This document shows, piece by piece, positions 10,763 to 23,906 of a DNA stretch of 64,000 nucleotides (the stretch's first letter is position 1; each line of letters opens with the position of its first letter). The notes under the pieces are model-generated. The model saw only the letters and a list, made by a program, of their open reading frames with translations, did not search any database and was not told where the DNA came from. Source of the stretch: Protoeuglena noctilucae (Eukaryota). A program made the translations under genes and the position numbers. Location: assembly GCA_958009085.1 (NCBI GenBank), contig OY253680.1, forward strand, positions 248,001 through 312,000, given 5' to 3'.

Positions 10763-13697
10763 CTAGCGCATGGCCGGCTCCAGCCCGCCCCGCGGCCGGG
10801 TCTCCTCGTCCTCCGCTGCCACCGCCGCAGCCAGCTGTGCGTCCAGGCGGTCGAGGAACGTCCGCAGCATGCGCCTCTCGCCCTCGTCCAGCTCCCTGAC
10901 CCGCTCGCGAGACGCGGCTGGGGACGGCGGCACCACGCTCCGCAGGCGTGCGTCGAGCATCCTGCGGTTGGGGCCGGCAGCGTGTCAGCGCAGCACACGA
11001 CAGACCCACCTGTGCGCGCTCGCGGCGCTGGCTTGTTGCGTCACCGGAAGGCGTCTGACTGGGGAAGCACGGCGAGGAGCCGCTGGAGGGCCGCCAGGAG
11101 GTCCGGGCGCCCCTCGGTGAGGTGCAGGCGCAAGAAGGTGAAGACGGGCGTCTCTAGCATGGAAACGAGGCGATCAGCTTGCGTGAAGACCGGCAGGGGC
11201 ACCTCGCGGGTCTCGAAGGCCTGGACCATGGACGCAGCTAGGGCATACCTCTCGCAGAGGAGGCAAAGGGACATGGCGGCCCCGAACGAGCACGTCCAGC
11301 AGGGCAGCAGAGCCTGCGTGAGTGGGTGGCGGACGCGAGATGGAATCCAGCTCAGCGACAGCAGACTCGCGCGCTCGAGCTCGCTGAGGCCGATGCCGAC
11401 GGCGCCCTGGTGGGGTCGTAGGTGGGGCATGGCATGTCTTACCTCAAAGAGGCTCTGGCCATCAGCAGCCCCTGCACCCGACTGGCGCAGCTTCGCACGC
11501 AGGGGCCGCAGGTCCCCTGACGTCAGGAGGATGAAGTTGAGGGCCTGGACGACTAACGACACGAACTGCGTGTCGTGCTCATCCAGCAGCAGCGCCGCCA
11601 TCCTCCTCAGCACCTTCTCCGGGCCCAGCTGACGCACCAAAGCGCCCAAGATGCGCGTTCCCTGCAGACGCAACACGTGGAGTCTCCATGCCGGGTGCTG
11701 AGGCACGCGCAGAGCTAAATGGCCGCCAATCGTCCCATTGCCTCACGTGCGTCTTGAGGTGCTTGCCATTGTCAGCCGTCTTGAACGTCCGCGTGACGCT
11801 GGCCAGGAGAGTGGAGAAGTGGGGCTCCTCCGCAGCCACCTTGGCCAACGCAGCCATGCTGGCGCGGGCCACGGACCGGTCCGGACCCAGCAGCGCGTCT
11901 GTCAGCGCAGGGACCACCTCGCCCGCCATGGCCATGACGCCCGCCCGCTGCGCCGTGATCAGCACCTCCATCCACCTGCACGAAGCAAACACAAGGTGGG
12001 TGAAGTCGCCCCAGCCGACTGCTCCGCCAGGCAGCCAGCACTGCGCCGCCCCGCACCGCAGTGCCGCCAGCGCCGACGGCTGGCCCTCCGGAGCCTGCGC
12101 CTTGGCGGCGACGGCCGCGATGACCTCGTGCACCGCCTCCGCGGGGATGGTCCCGGCGCAAGCCATGAGACGCTCCCCCGCGCCCCGCGCCCACCCTTGG
12201 ACCTCCTCGTCACTGTGCCCGACGGTTTCCAGGACCAGCCGCACCATGTCGGGGTAGTACGCCCGCACCGCACTCGGGTCCAAGGACAGGAAGAGGTCCA
12301 GCCACTCGACCGCCAGCTTGGTCGTGCTCAGGTGTGCGTCTTGCTGGTAGCGCCTGCAGGGACGGATGCATGGCGTGAGCGGCGCACTGCACTCTTCCTG
12401 CACGCGCTGCGGCCTCGGCACAACCACGCACGGCCTCCCCGCACACCCAGGCACGTCCAGACCCAAGCCAGCAGGGCACCTAATCAGCGTGCGTGTCATG
12501 GAGCCCATGTCCACGGGCGCCCCCTGCATGATCTCCTGCGCGAATTCGGTCAGCGCCTGCCGCGCGGAGTGGCGTATCTCGCTGGCGGGGTCCTGCAGCA
12601 TGTCGAGGAAGCTGTCGAGGAGGGCGGGGAGGTGCGCCAGCACGCCCAGGCCCGGGAGCGAGTCCAGGGTCATAACCCAGCTCATCAGAAACTGCCGGAC
12701 GTAGGGATTGGGGGCCCGCGCCCGGTCACGCAGCACGGGCATGAAGTACGGGAGGTCGAGTGCTCCCGGCTCCTCCGCCACGATGTCCTTCAGCAGGCGG
12801 TCCAGGAGCTGCGGGGCGAGGAAAAGGTTCGAGTCTTGACAGGCGCACGCAGGGTACATCGCGCGGCGCGGGCGGCGCCATGGCGGGTTCCACCTGTGCG
12901 GCGTTGCGGACGTTGGCGTCCCCATCTGCCACGAGCTTGCAGATGGCGTCGAACAGGGGCTCGAAGAGGGGCATGCACCCGCCCCGCGCGACCTTGCAGA
13001 TGTTGTAGACGGACTCGCACGCGTAGTAGCGGACGCGGGGGTCCTGGTCGTTGAAGCTGTGCAGCACGGGCGGGAGGATGTCGGGCAGCATAGACGCGCT
13101 CTCCTTGGACATGCCGACGGCCAGGGCGGCGAGCCCGATGAGCCCGCCTTTCCTGCGACAAGGCGAGACGTTTCGCAGGTGGAGGACTGCGGAGGGCGGA
13201 GCGCAATGCAAGGGGCGATGCGTCATCGCCCGGCGGCACGCACCGGTTGTTTGCCGAGGCGCTGTAGGCAAAGTCAGCCACCAGCTGGTCGAGGACGCGC
13301 TTGATGGTGTCCATCTTGCCCTGCGTCATCAACTGCGCGCAGCGAGATGGCGGCACGGGTTCGTCGCCACGGGCCTCGGGAACTGCCCTCCCACGGCGGT
13401 CGCGGCGGGGCCGCGGGCGCCACGCTGCAGGCGGAGAGCGTCGACACTGGCTCGGATCCCGATCGCGACCCCCACCTGCTTAATGGAGGACTCGATTTCC
13501 AGGGCCGCCTGCTTCCGCTTCTCGTACCTGAAATTCCACGGCCAGAGGCGAGCCTAGTTATAAGCGCGTCATGTGCACGGTCATGCATCTCGAGATGTTC
13601 GCGCCAGGCCGAACAATCGCCCCCCAGTCGCCCCGGCTCGCCTGCCATCGCACAGCGTGCGACTGAGGGCCTGGGACAGGCCCCCGCTGGCGTCCAT
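10763..13697 (-). CDS. VAC14: VAC14 scaffold of the PIKfyve/FAB1-FIG4 complex (HEAT repeats)
   Basis: LCDGR|YEKRKQAALEIE; RKGGLIGLAALAVG; ILPPVLHSFNDQDPRVRYYACESVYNICKV; LLDRLLKDIV; NPYVRQFLMSWV; VQALNFILLTSGDLRPLR; QADRLVSMLETPVFTFLRLHL; LLAVLPQSDAF. Confidence 0.95.
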
Positions 13698-14639
13698 GGC
13701 CAACGGGCCCCCTCAGCGCTAAAGCTCACGACGACCCATAATCGAACCGCGCCCGCAGGCACGCTGCGCGGCGCTGCGAAGGCGCAGGAAGCGAGATAAC
13801 CTGAGCAGCCCAGCAGGAAGCGGATACGTGGTGATTTGGAGGACTACGAAGCTCGTAACTGCAATCGCGACCGTGAGAGATGCAGAATATCACCGAACGC
13901 TCGCGCCTTTTCCCTTTTCCGCCGACGTGTCACTGGCACGGGTTTCGTACGTGAGTTGGCGGGAACGGTTTCGAGACACCGCGTCGCTGGGGGTCGACTA
14001 GCTTCACTGGGATCGCGGCGCACGTCTCGCGTCTTTTGATCGACGACCCTTCGACGTGTCAACGGGCCGCTTTTGACCAGGGACATCCCATCGCGTCCGC
14101 GCGCATCGCCCCTCGCCTCTTGGCAAGCTAACGGAGTGCGGGAGGGGTCGAGGACGCGGTCCATGGCGAGCGCGTCCGCGGGTCTCCGAGGAGGTGCGAT
14201 TCCGCCCGCTGCGGGGTGGGCCGGCCAGGACCGGCTCTAATTGGGCAGGCGCCGCGGTCGCTTTTTGCTCGCGCGCGCTTCCGGGACCGCTCGGGCGCGA
14301 ATCCCTACGCGACCGAATTCGCACGCGGATGGGCGCCTTCCGAACCTCTCGTGCGGCCGTGGGTGGTCGAATATGCGTGCTCGTGCCGCGGTCGCGGTCT
14401 CTCGAGGCCCGGGAGCCCTCTCCGCCCCGCGCCCCGGTCGCAATGCACCAGCTCGCGGTCTCCGGCCCCGCGCCCGGGAGGGCTGCGGAGGGAAATGCGT
14501 GTCGGGCTGCAATCGTTTTATTCGGCCCCGGTTTGGCCCGCGCGTCGGGCGGGACGCGTTTTCACCTACAACGACCGTTGGCGGCAAGGCTGCGGGAAAT
14601 GCCGCGGCGCTCGGGCATCCCGCCTACTCGTCGTTGATT

Positions 14640-17600
14640 ATGCACGCCTCCCTCCCGCCGGCTGCGCGCAGGGGCCGCGTGCGGGCCGGCGCGCCCTTTC
14701 CCGCTTCTTCCGCATGCTCGCCGACCCACGCTCACGTCCGCCGGGGCAAGGTGCGCAGCGCCTCGCTCTCTCGTGAAATTGTCGTCGGATCCGAGGTCGC
14801 TTCCGCCCACGTCTCGAGGCCCGGCCCCGCCCGCAGCTCCTCGGCGGTCCATCGCGGGAACCCCGCCCCAAGGCGCGCCTCGGGGCCCCTGAGCCAGGGG
14901 GACCCCGCGCACCTGGCCCAGACCGTGCACCCTTCCTCGTCGGGGCCGTCCGTGCGCGCCGATTCGGCCGGGACCCTCCAGGCGGACGTGGGCGTCCGGG
15001 GCCGCGACGCCCCGCTGGGGCGCAGCAACGACGAGGGCCACCCCGGCGTCCCCGGGACCTCCCCGTTCGCGTCCGACGACGACGAGGACTACCGCATGAC
15101 GGTCGTCGAGGGCCTGACGCGCCAGCACGTCGCCACCACCTTCCGCTGGCCCGCCGCGCTGGGCGGGTCCCAAGTCAGCGTCACGGGCTCCTTCTGCAAC
15201 TGGGAGCGGCTGCTGCGGATGACGCGGAGCTCGAGCACCGGCGACTTCGTCCTCACCCTGGTGCGGCGCTCGGCTCCTCAGCAATGGCCCGGCAAGTTGT
15301 GTGCAGCGCGTGCGTCAATGTCTGGTGATGATGCCACTCGATGCCATGTTGTGCCTTGCAGCCTTTGGAGCCGGGGGAGGTGCAGTACAAGTACGTGGTG
15401 GACGGGAGCTGGCGCGTGTCGCCCGCGGACGGGGCGGTGCGTGACGAGTGCGGCACGGTCAACAACCAGCGGCTCGTGGCGCCGACCGCCACCGTGCACT
15501 GGCGGCGGGAGTGGGAGGGCGATGAGATTATGATCACGGGGAGCTTCAACGGGTGGCAAGAGCTCCTGCCCCTCCACCGGTGAGGGACCCAGGCCCTTCA
15601 GCGTGCGACGGATCGCCCTCGAGCACATGCATGCCTGCCTCAACCGCGCCTTGCCAACCCTCCGCAGGCCCAACGGCCACCCCGACTGGAACATGTCCCT
15701 GTCGCTGCCTCCGGGCGAGCACTGGCTCCAGTTCCTCGTGAATGGGCGGTGGATGACGTCCCCAGGGCTCCCAGTGGGCCCGAATGACCAAGGCCACGTG
15801 TGCAACCGCCTGGTCGTCGACGCGCCCCCCGCCTACTCCCTCTTCTACGCCACGGGGTGGCAGAGCGCCGTCCTCAACTACCGCATCCCTGGACACGTTG
15901 ACACCTGGCGAGCTGTGGAGCTCCACCGCAGCCCCTCCCGCTCCGGTGAGCCCCGCGCGGGGTCCACGCGTGGTCCACGGCAGCCACGACAGGTGGTGCG
16001 GCACTTCAGTGTTCGCAATTCTCGGTTTCATCTATCTGAGACCTGTTCCCGACTTCCGACGTGCCCTAGCTTCTGCCGCTGTTCCACCGGCCCACCTCCT
16101 CCTCCCGCCACGCGCCTCTCTCGCGCCCCCCGCAGCCCCCGCCGGCGGCCGGTGGTTCGCGGCGCACATCCCCGTCCCGGCCACGGTCGACGTGGCCTCG
16201 GCACCGCCCCTCGAGTTCTTCATCACCCAGGGCACGTCGCTCCCCAGCGTCTCTGGATCGAGCGACTCGTTCGAATTGGGTGCGTGTCTCCTCGCGCGCT
16301 TCATTTGACGATCACGATGACTTACGCTGATGACGACGCACGTAGCCACCCCTGCCCATTTCGCTCCCCCGACGGATTGTGATGGAAGCTGCTTTTGCCG
16401 ACCCCCCGCACGCCAACGCGCAACGCCGCGCCCCGACGACCTCGCCCGCAGAGAACGTGCGGGGCAAGGAGGACCGACCGGCACGGAACAAGGAAGGCGT
16501 GTACGTGCTCCCGGGCCCCGGGGGCTACAAGCTCGTGTCGGGCCGCATCACGCCTTTCCCTCGGTCCCTGGACCCTCCCATGATGGTCGTCAGCGACCTG
16601 GACGGCACCATGGTGGGCGAGACGCCTGAGGCAGACGCCGCCACGGCGGCCTTCAACGATTACTGGGAGAACTGCGCCGCGCTGTGCGGGTCGCGGCTGG
16701 TGTACAACACGGGCCGCTCAATCGGGCAGTTCCTGGGGTTACTCCAGTCTAAGGGCGGCCGCCTGGCTCTGCCGGACGTGATCATCACCGCCGTGGGTAC
16801 CAAGATCTTCCACCGGTCGGACCGTGCTCTGCGGCAGGAAGTCACCGAGGCCGAGTGGGTCGAGGACAAGAACTATTCCGAGCTGCTTGACCAGGTCCGT
16901 CGCACTTGGCAATGCCACTGGGGCGGCGCGTGTGCAGGCGACATGGGCGGGCCAGGCCGCTCAGCAAGCTCTCTGTCATTATGCACCTGCAGGGGTGGGA
17001 CTTGGGAGCGGTCCGGCGCGTGGCGGGCCGGCTGGTGGAGCGCGGCTCCGGGCAGTGCAACTGGCTGGATGGTGGCGACGAGCACCCCCACCGCATCGCG
17101 CTCAGCGTTCAGGTGGACGCGCTGGGCCACGTGCAGGGCGAGATGGCACGCGGGCTCCAAGAGGCGGGGGTCGAGGCACAGGTGCGACTTGCGCGCAAGC
17201 TGCGAGCCGTCTGGATGCCGCCAGATAGTGCGATGGGGTTGGCGGGCACAGAGGGTCGCAAGGCGTGCCCTGGCGCTGCCATGTGTTCCGCTGGGTGCAG
17301 CTCGCCCGACGGCCCCCGTCGTCTCTCGATGCCTCGCAGTTGATCGTGTCCGGGGAGGGCAGCTGGCGGTACCTGGATGTGGTGGCCAAGAACGGGGGCA
17401 AGCTCGCGGCACTCGAGTACGTGCGGGAGATGTACGGCATCCCTCGGCACCGGACGCTGGCGTGCGGGGACAGCAAGAACGACATCCTGATGCTCGAGGG
17501 GCAGCAGCTGTCGGTGGCGGTCGGCAACTCGCAGCCGGAGCTCGTGAGCTGGTTCCTGGAGCAGCCGCAGCACGAACGGCGCATCATCTATGCGGACGGG

Positions 17601-17651
17601 GTGTTTGCCTACGGGATCCTCGAGGGGCTGTGCCGCCACGGCCTCTATTGA
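14640..17651 (+). CDS. Sucrose-phosphate-phosphatase-like HAD hydrolase with two N-terminal CBM48 (AMPK-beta type) modules and a further CBM-like module; start uncertain
   Basis: CBM48-like segments TFRWPAALGGSQVSVTGSFCNW...YKYVVDGSWR and IMITGSFNGW...LQFLVNGRW. Third module FYATGWQSAVLNY...LEFFIT. HAD motifs MVVSDLDGTMVG, VYNTGRS, PDVIITAVGT, YLDVVAKNGGKLAALEYV, ACGDSKNDILML, VAVGNSQPEL. Confidence 0.9.
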
Positions 17652-17990
17652 TCGAGAGATGATGAGAGATGACTTGAGTTGGTGGACAGTGTTCCCGTTT
17701 GGTTGGTGCCCCTACCGCCGCGTGCGTACCTGGCTACCCACGTGCATCGCACAGCGTGCCAAACTGCCCGCGCACGGCGGTCTTCTCGTTCCTTCTGCTG
17801 CTCGCACTCTCGCAAGATGCTCCTGTGCGTATTTGTGTTTCTGTCCGTGAGCGACACCTTCGTGGCGTGAGGTCACCCCCCAGCCTGCACTGTGTTTGGC
17901 AGATGTGCCATGGCATGCCCGTCTTTTTGACGCCTCCCTGTGCCCTCGACGTTCATTCCTACGCATTTTAAAAGCAAGCAAGGATCTCCC

Positions 17991-19694
17991 TCAATCGCCA
18001 GACTCCAGCGCAGCGCGGTGCTCCCAGTAGCCCTGGCGGACCGTGTCTGAACCCACAAGCGCTTCAAACACGCCCCGGGCAGACGCCGACGCCGCCCGCG
18101 CCTCGTCCAGCAAGCTCGCTTCCCTGCAACGCCGAACAAGCGGGGTTTGCATCATGCAAGTCGATGCACCCTCCAGCTTTGATCCGCCGTTGCAGGGGTG
18201 GCATGGTGGGGCCTCTTGCCAAGAGATGCATGAAAAGGCAGGCGAGCCTGGTCTCTCGCACCTGAGCTCTCCCGCCAGATGCGAGAGGTAGTCCCCCAGA
18301 CACGCCAGGGCGGGAGGGCACCCCGGGAACGAATGCAGCGCTTCAGCAGCGAGGCTCGGCACGGCGTGGAGCTGCAAGCAGGGCTGGCAGGGCCATGAGC
18401 GCACGGACGAATGCACTGACCGGGCTGCAGTTTGCAAGACACGCTGTACGGTCACAAACGGACGTCACGCTCCACACAGGCACGCCACGCAAGCAATGGT
18501 CATCGCACGCCACACACCATGGACGGCGCCACGCCCGGGAGCGTCCGGAGACCCGCAAGGTACGCCCAAGCACTCTCATTGTACCACGCCCGCCTCAACT
18601 GCGGCAAGAACGACGCCACACCAAGGCTGCTCGCCCAAGGCCCCTCGTCAATCAGTCATAGCAGCCAGCCCACGTCGTCCCTTCCAGCGGGGACCTCGCC
18701 TGACTCTCCGTAAAAGCGACTTCGCGATCCATGAGGGCCTGCCCCGCAGATCCCAACGCATCCATCTCATGGCGCACGGCCAGCATGCGGTGATTCCACG
18801 CCGAGTTGTTCCGCACGTCCTGCGCCAGCATGCGCTCCGTGAAGCCCAGCTCGTCGTCCCACGCGTCCATCTCCTTCACCAGCGCCTGCCTGCATCCGCG
18901 GCCCAGACCCAGCTGCGCAGTTAGAGCAGTGCCAACCCATGCCGATGCGATGCGTATGCCCCGTGCACGCGGGCTGCGCGTCACCTGTGCGCCCACGCGT
19001 GGTAGTTCTTCCCATCGTCTTCCGAAAGAAGCTTCTCCACGGACGCCAGCTCGCGCGCCAGGTTCCCTGGCCCAAGCACGCTGGCGACCTTGCGCCAATG
19101 GTTCCACACCTGAGCGAGCGCGCGAGCAAACGCCGTCGCTCCAGGAGCGTCACGCCGCAGCAGATGGAACGTCGGGTCCTTTCCGACAGGCTGCACTGAC
19201 CTGGTAGTTCTTCGGGATGTCCCCCGCCATGCACTCGACCAAAGCCAACTCCTCCAGCCACACCCCGCGCTCCGCCTGCTGCCCACCCGATTCGCGGGCG
19301 CGCTCCGCAGCTTTCTCGATGCCGCGCTCCGCAGCTTTCTCGATGCATGTCCATCGCAGGCGCCACGCGCCGTAATCGGCGGGGTTCACGGCGATGGCCG
19401 CCGCCGCAGCATGGAGGGCCCGGCCCGATGTGTCGCCCGCAATCAGCGCCGCGCGGGCTCGACCGAGTGTTTGAGCATCCACAGGGATGTAAGCGATGGA
19501 GACGACGGGCTGAAGCTGGGGGGGCTGCGGACGCGAGCGGGGGAGGGAGCAACTGTGCGTCGATGCAAGCCTGGCAGGCGCTTCACACAGCAAGCGACCC
19601 GCCTCGGGACCCATACCAGCTGATGCGGTTCAATGTCGTGTCCATCCATCCCATCGCCCTCTCCGGGCCATTGCTCCCCCACGGCCCCGCTCAT
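17991..19694 (-). CDS. FNTA: Protein farnesyltransferase/geranylgeranyltransferase-I alpha subunit
   Basis: PPTA repeats: NPADYGAWRLR, PKNYQVWNHWR, DGKNYHAWAHRQ, DVRNNSAWNHR, YNESAWAYLAGL; C-terminal DTVRQGYW. Confidence 0.92.
19299..19346 (-). repeat. Exact 24-nt in-frame tandem duplication in FNTA (IEKAAER twice)
   Basis: CGCGCTCCGCAGCTTTCTCGATGC occurs at 19299-19322 and 19323-19346. Confidence 0.9.
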
Positions 19695-20053
19695 TCTGCC
19701 CTGGGCAGGGCACGGCGAGCCCCTACAGCCTTTGGAAGCTGCCGTATCTGCCACTGCAATGGCATCCTCTCGCTACCCTTGGAAGGCTGCTGCGAGTGCC
19801 GAGAGGTGTGCTGGCGCCAGACATTTCGTGGGCTTGCCCGTCCTCATGAGTGAAATCTGTGCAGCGTCCCTTCGTCAAACGCAGCGTCCGTCTCCTTGGC
19901 ATGGATCGCTGAGGGTCTCGGACCGCACGCTGATCGCTGATCGCGACTTGTCTGCTAAGAACTTCCTGGTTTTGTGGCGTAGCGAGTCGTATTACAAAGC
20001 TCAGAGGTGGATCTTTGTACGCACACGCGTCGTCGTAGGTAGCCGTGGGCGGA

Positions 20054-21154
20054 ATGGTGCCCGGGGGCGGGGCCACCCCGCCCCAATCATGCGCCATCCC
20101 GCGCGAGGGGAACACGGCGGTCGTGCGCTCCCCGAGCGGCGATGGCGCGTCGCCAAGTGTTCAAGTCGAGAAAACGAACCCGCTGAATGTGATGCCGGAC
20201 ATCCGGAATGCTCCTCAGGCGGGCCAGAGCCATCCGCTGGGCCAGGAACGAGAGGTTCGATGCGCGCCCTCGGAGCTCGCAAGCGCTCGGATGACCTGCT
20301 CCAAACGCGCTCTATAATCACGGCATTCCGGCGACGGCGTCCATCGCGCGCAGGTGTCGAGCATTCCCGTGGGACGGGAATCGACGCCCGGCCACCAGCC
20401 CCAAGGGGCCGAGGAAAGCAGGGAGAGGCGATGGGTATACCCCAGCGAGCAGATGTTCTTCAATGCCATGAGACGCAAGGGATGGGACCCCATCGAGCGC
20501 GACATGGCCGCCGTGGTGAAGGTGGGAGGACGCGCCGCTCTTTGCACGGGTGCGCAGTGACGGCGGGGCCCGCCTCGGCGACGCGAGGATTCTGCGCCGG
20601 CGCAGATCCACAATGCCGTGAACGAGCGCGTGTGGCGAGAGATCATGGAGTGGGAGGACAGGCACCGGGGAGCGTGCGCGGACGGGCCCAGGCTCAAGCG
20701 CTTCCTCGGCCGCCCCAACTACTACAGTCCCAAGGCGCGGCTCCTGAACCTGCTGGGGTACCACCTGCCCTTTGATCGCCACGATTGGTTCGTGGACCGG
20801 TGCGGGGAAGAGGTCAGGTGTGTGCCACACTGGCCAGCCTTGGGCACAACGGGGCGCAGGGCGTTTGCGATATGCGATGGTACGACACGTCGTTGTTGAC
20901 GTACTTGCCGCAGGTACGTCATTGACTTTTACTCTGGGCCGGCCGCGCCCGGGGGAGTGCCTTCCATGCACCTGGACGTGAGGCCAGCCCTGGACAGCCC
21001 TGGGGCACTTCTGGTGAGCGCGTGCTCGTCAGCCTCATCGGAGTGGCGAGGCTTGGCTGCAAGAATGCGCAACGAGAAGAAGTCTCCTGACACGCAGGAC
21101 AGGATTGCGATGCAAGTCCGATGGGTGTGGAGCGGGAGGTGGCGCGGTGCCTGA
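20054..21154 (+). CDS. HCCS: Holocytochrome c synthase (cytochrome c heme lyase), 5 exons
   Basis: [84 protein letters not shown]. Confidence 0.96.
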
Positions 21155-21320
21155 GTCGGTCAGTGCAAGCTCATCAGGAGGCGCTTATCATGGCCGAGGC
21201 CAGCGATTTGCCGCCCATGCCTCCCAGCGGCTTGAGAGGCGAAGTCGCTCGCGGTGTCGACCACCAGTTCAAGCCACAGCGCGTTCCCACAGCGCGCGGT
21301 CACCCTCGCACACTCATCTC

Positions 21321-23906
21321 ATGGCGCTCGAGGCCCGAAGGGACCAGGCGGAGCGGCACACGGTCACAGTCTTGGCGACGCTCGTCACCCTCGCATCGCC
21401 GGCGTTCCAGGCCCGGTGCGGGGGATCCTCCTCCGCTTTGGCCCAGAGGTTGGACCCGCGTGGCGCAGTCGCTTGTCGGGGAGGGCTCGTGATGGTCGCG
21501 TTGCACACATATATTGATGTTGTGAACAGGGGCATGGTTGCGCCCACAATCTGAGAACCCTGGCCAAACTCCCCTCCGACTGCCCTCCGCAGCACCCACA
21601 CCATCGGCAAGGCGCAGGGAGCTACCACGTCGCTTCCAAAGGACGCCGAGCATTCAGGCACGCCAAGGCGCGCACGGATTTCGCCTCGAGCGTCGCGCCT
21701 AACGTGGTTGACCTCGTCACACGCCATGTCCTCCGCGGCTTCCTCCCGAGAACACGTTTGGCCCGTTTTCTTGCACCGCAGCACAACATGTATCAAGCGG
21801 AGATGTCGGCTGTGACGTCGAGCTCCTGGCGGCCCTGCGGCGCGCCCCCACGGAGCTATGGCGCCTGGTGGCCGGCAGCACCACGACGAATTTGGTGACG
21901 GCGTGGCCTGGGATGACCGACCGCGACCTCCAGGAGCTATTAAACGAGTCCACGGACGAGGTGCGTGAACACCGACGACCTCTGCGTGCTGCTGAGGGCG
22001 TGCAGGACCCCTGGGATGCCATGCGACGCTCGTCGTACCGCAGGTCGCCGTGATCGACCTGGCCGGCGCGGTCGTCGACGTGATTCCGCCGTCGTTACCG
22101 CTGGCGCCTCACCGCCACGCCGACGGCACGTCGCGCTCCGCGCACCAAGGGGCGCTATGTATCCATCGGAGTGGCAAGACCATCCGCAATGGGTTCATCC
22201 GCCTGGGCGGGCGTCGCACGCGCATCTGCCGCTCCTACAAGTTCATCAGGTGCGCCCGTGACTGGCCGTGGACCGTCCCTGCCTGTGCAGTGCTCCCTGT
22301 GCTCCCTGCACCGCCCTGTGGTGCTACCCATAGCATTGCACATGGCCCCTGCCCTGGCTCGCAGGCACCGCAAGATTGGCCTGGTGGTCGACGCGCCGGG
22401 GTGCGTGCTGGACCGCGTGACCCTGGTGCCGCTCGGCGTCGGGGGCGACTGCAGTGTGCTGGTGCAGAAGCGGGGGCAGCTCACCCTCGAGTCCTGTACT
22501 GTGGGAGGAGGGACCCAGAGCCAGGTGACGCGTGATAGTCATTCTTTTGATCAAAAGCAAACAATCGAACTGAGGGTGCCCATGGCAGCGTGCTGTGTGA
22601 TCTAGAGCAGAGACCGAGTGATGCGACAGGTTGCTGGATACTGCGGGCCCAACGATGCGCGTTCGCCTCTGCTGCAGATCACGGTCGTGGGCGGGGGCAA
22701 GTCCAGGGCGTGCGTGGCGGCGTCGCGGTCGGTCCTGCACCTCCCGCTGTCTGTGGAAGATGGCGGCGCTCTGACCTTGCGGGGGTGCCTGGTGGCCCCC
22801 GCCACAGAGCGGGAGTTCCTCGTCCACGTCACCGGCGCGCACTCGTCCCTCCGCGCGCACCAGACCCGCTTCGTGCCCCACGGCACGGCCGGGGTGGGAG
22901 TGGGAGTGGCCCAGGAACCCACGGCCATGCCCGGCCCCCCGTGCGTGGCCAGGCCGCCCAGCTACCGTGGTGCCCCGCACCCCTACCCGTGGCCAAACGA
23001 CCTCGCTCTGCTCACCGGCCTGACCGGGCGGCACCCAACGCAGGCGGGGTGGGTCGCGGCCTTCCCCATGACCCTGCGCGCACCGGCGCCCGTGTGCACG
23101 TGGCCCGCCGTGAGCCCTGGGATGGTGGTGTTGGTGCCGAACGGTGCTCCGTTCGCGACTGCTCCACGCTGGACGGCGGGCGTCGACGCGCCTGCACGCC
23201 TGCCGCCCTGGGCCCCGGCGGGACGGCTCGTCAGTCCCGCCGTGCCAGGACCCTGCGTCCCCGCGGCGCTGGTCCACCGGCCGGTGGCTGCCCCGTGCAC
23301 GGCGCCGCAGGAGGCGCCGTCGCAGGGCGTGACGATTCTGGCGGGAGCGGCGGCTGTCCTGGAGGACTGCCAGGCGAGTGGCCACGCGGTTAGGATCACA
23401 CTTGCAGCCGTGTGACCAGCCATCCCTGTGCCCAGCCCCACGTGCAGCGCCTGATGGCTTATGTGTCCCACGTCCCGCAGTTGGTGCAGGCCGGTGGGCC
23501 GTGCGTGCAAGTACGGGGCAAGGGGAGCCACGTGTTGGTGCGCCGGAGCGTCCTGGTCGGGAAGGGCGGCGCGCCAGAGATGGCGATGACCGGGGACGCG
23601 GGGCGCGGGGGCGGCGTGCACGCGGGCGGAGGGAGCAAGGCGGTGCTGGAGGAGGTGCGGGTCATGCGGGTGGTGGGCTCTGGCGTCTCGGCAGCGGAGC
23701 GGGGCACGCGGGTCACGGTGCGGGGCGGCGCCGTGTTGGACTGCGGCGGCGTGGCGTTCCACGTCCGGGGCGGCTCGCTGATGCACGTGTCGAGCGGGGT
23801 GCTCGTCGGTGGTAATGCTCTCGGCTCCCACTGCGCCGACAGCGGTGGGCGCATCCTCACGGCCGACACGCCCGCTGCCAAGACTGCCAGGGACCATGGT
23901 CTCTAA
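21321..23906 (+). CDS. Right-handed parallel beta-helix (pectin-lyase-like fold) protein of unknown function; 5' exons tentative
   Basis: Repeated beta-helix-like turns: KTIRNGFI, GCVLDRVTL, GQLTLESCTV, GALTLRGCLV, AAVLEDCQL, GGGVHAGGGSKAVLEEVRV, GVAFHVRGGS; phase-consistent splice sites. Confidence 0.65.
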
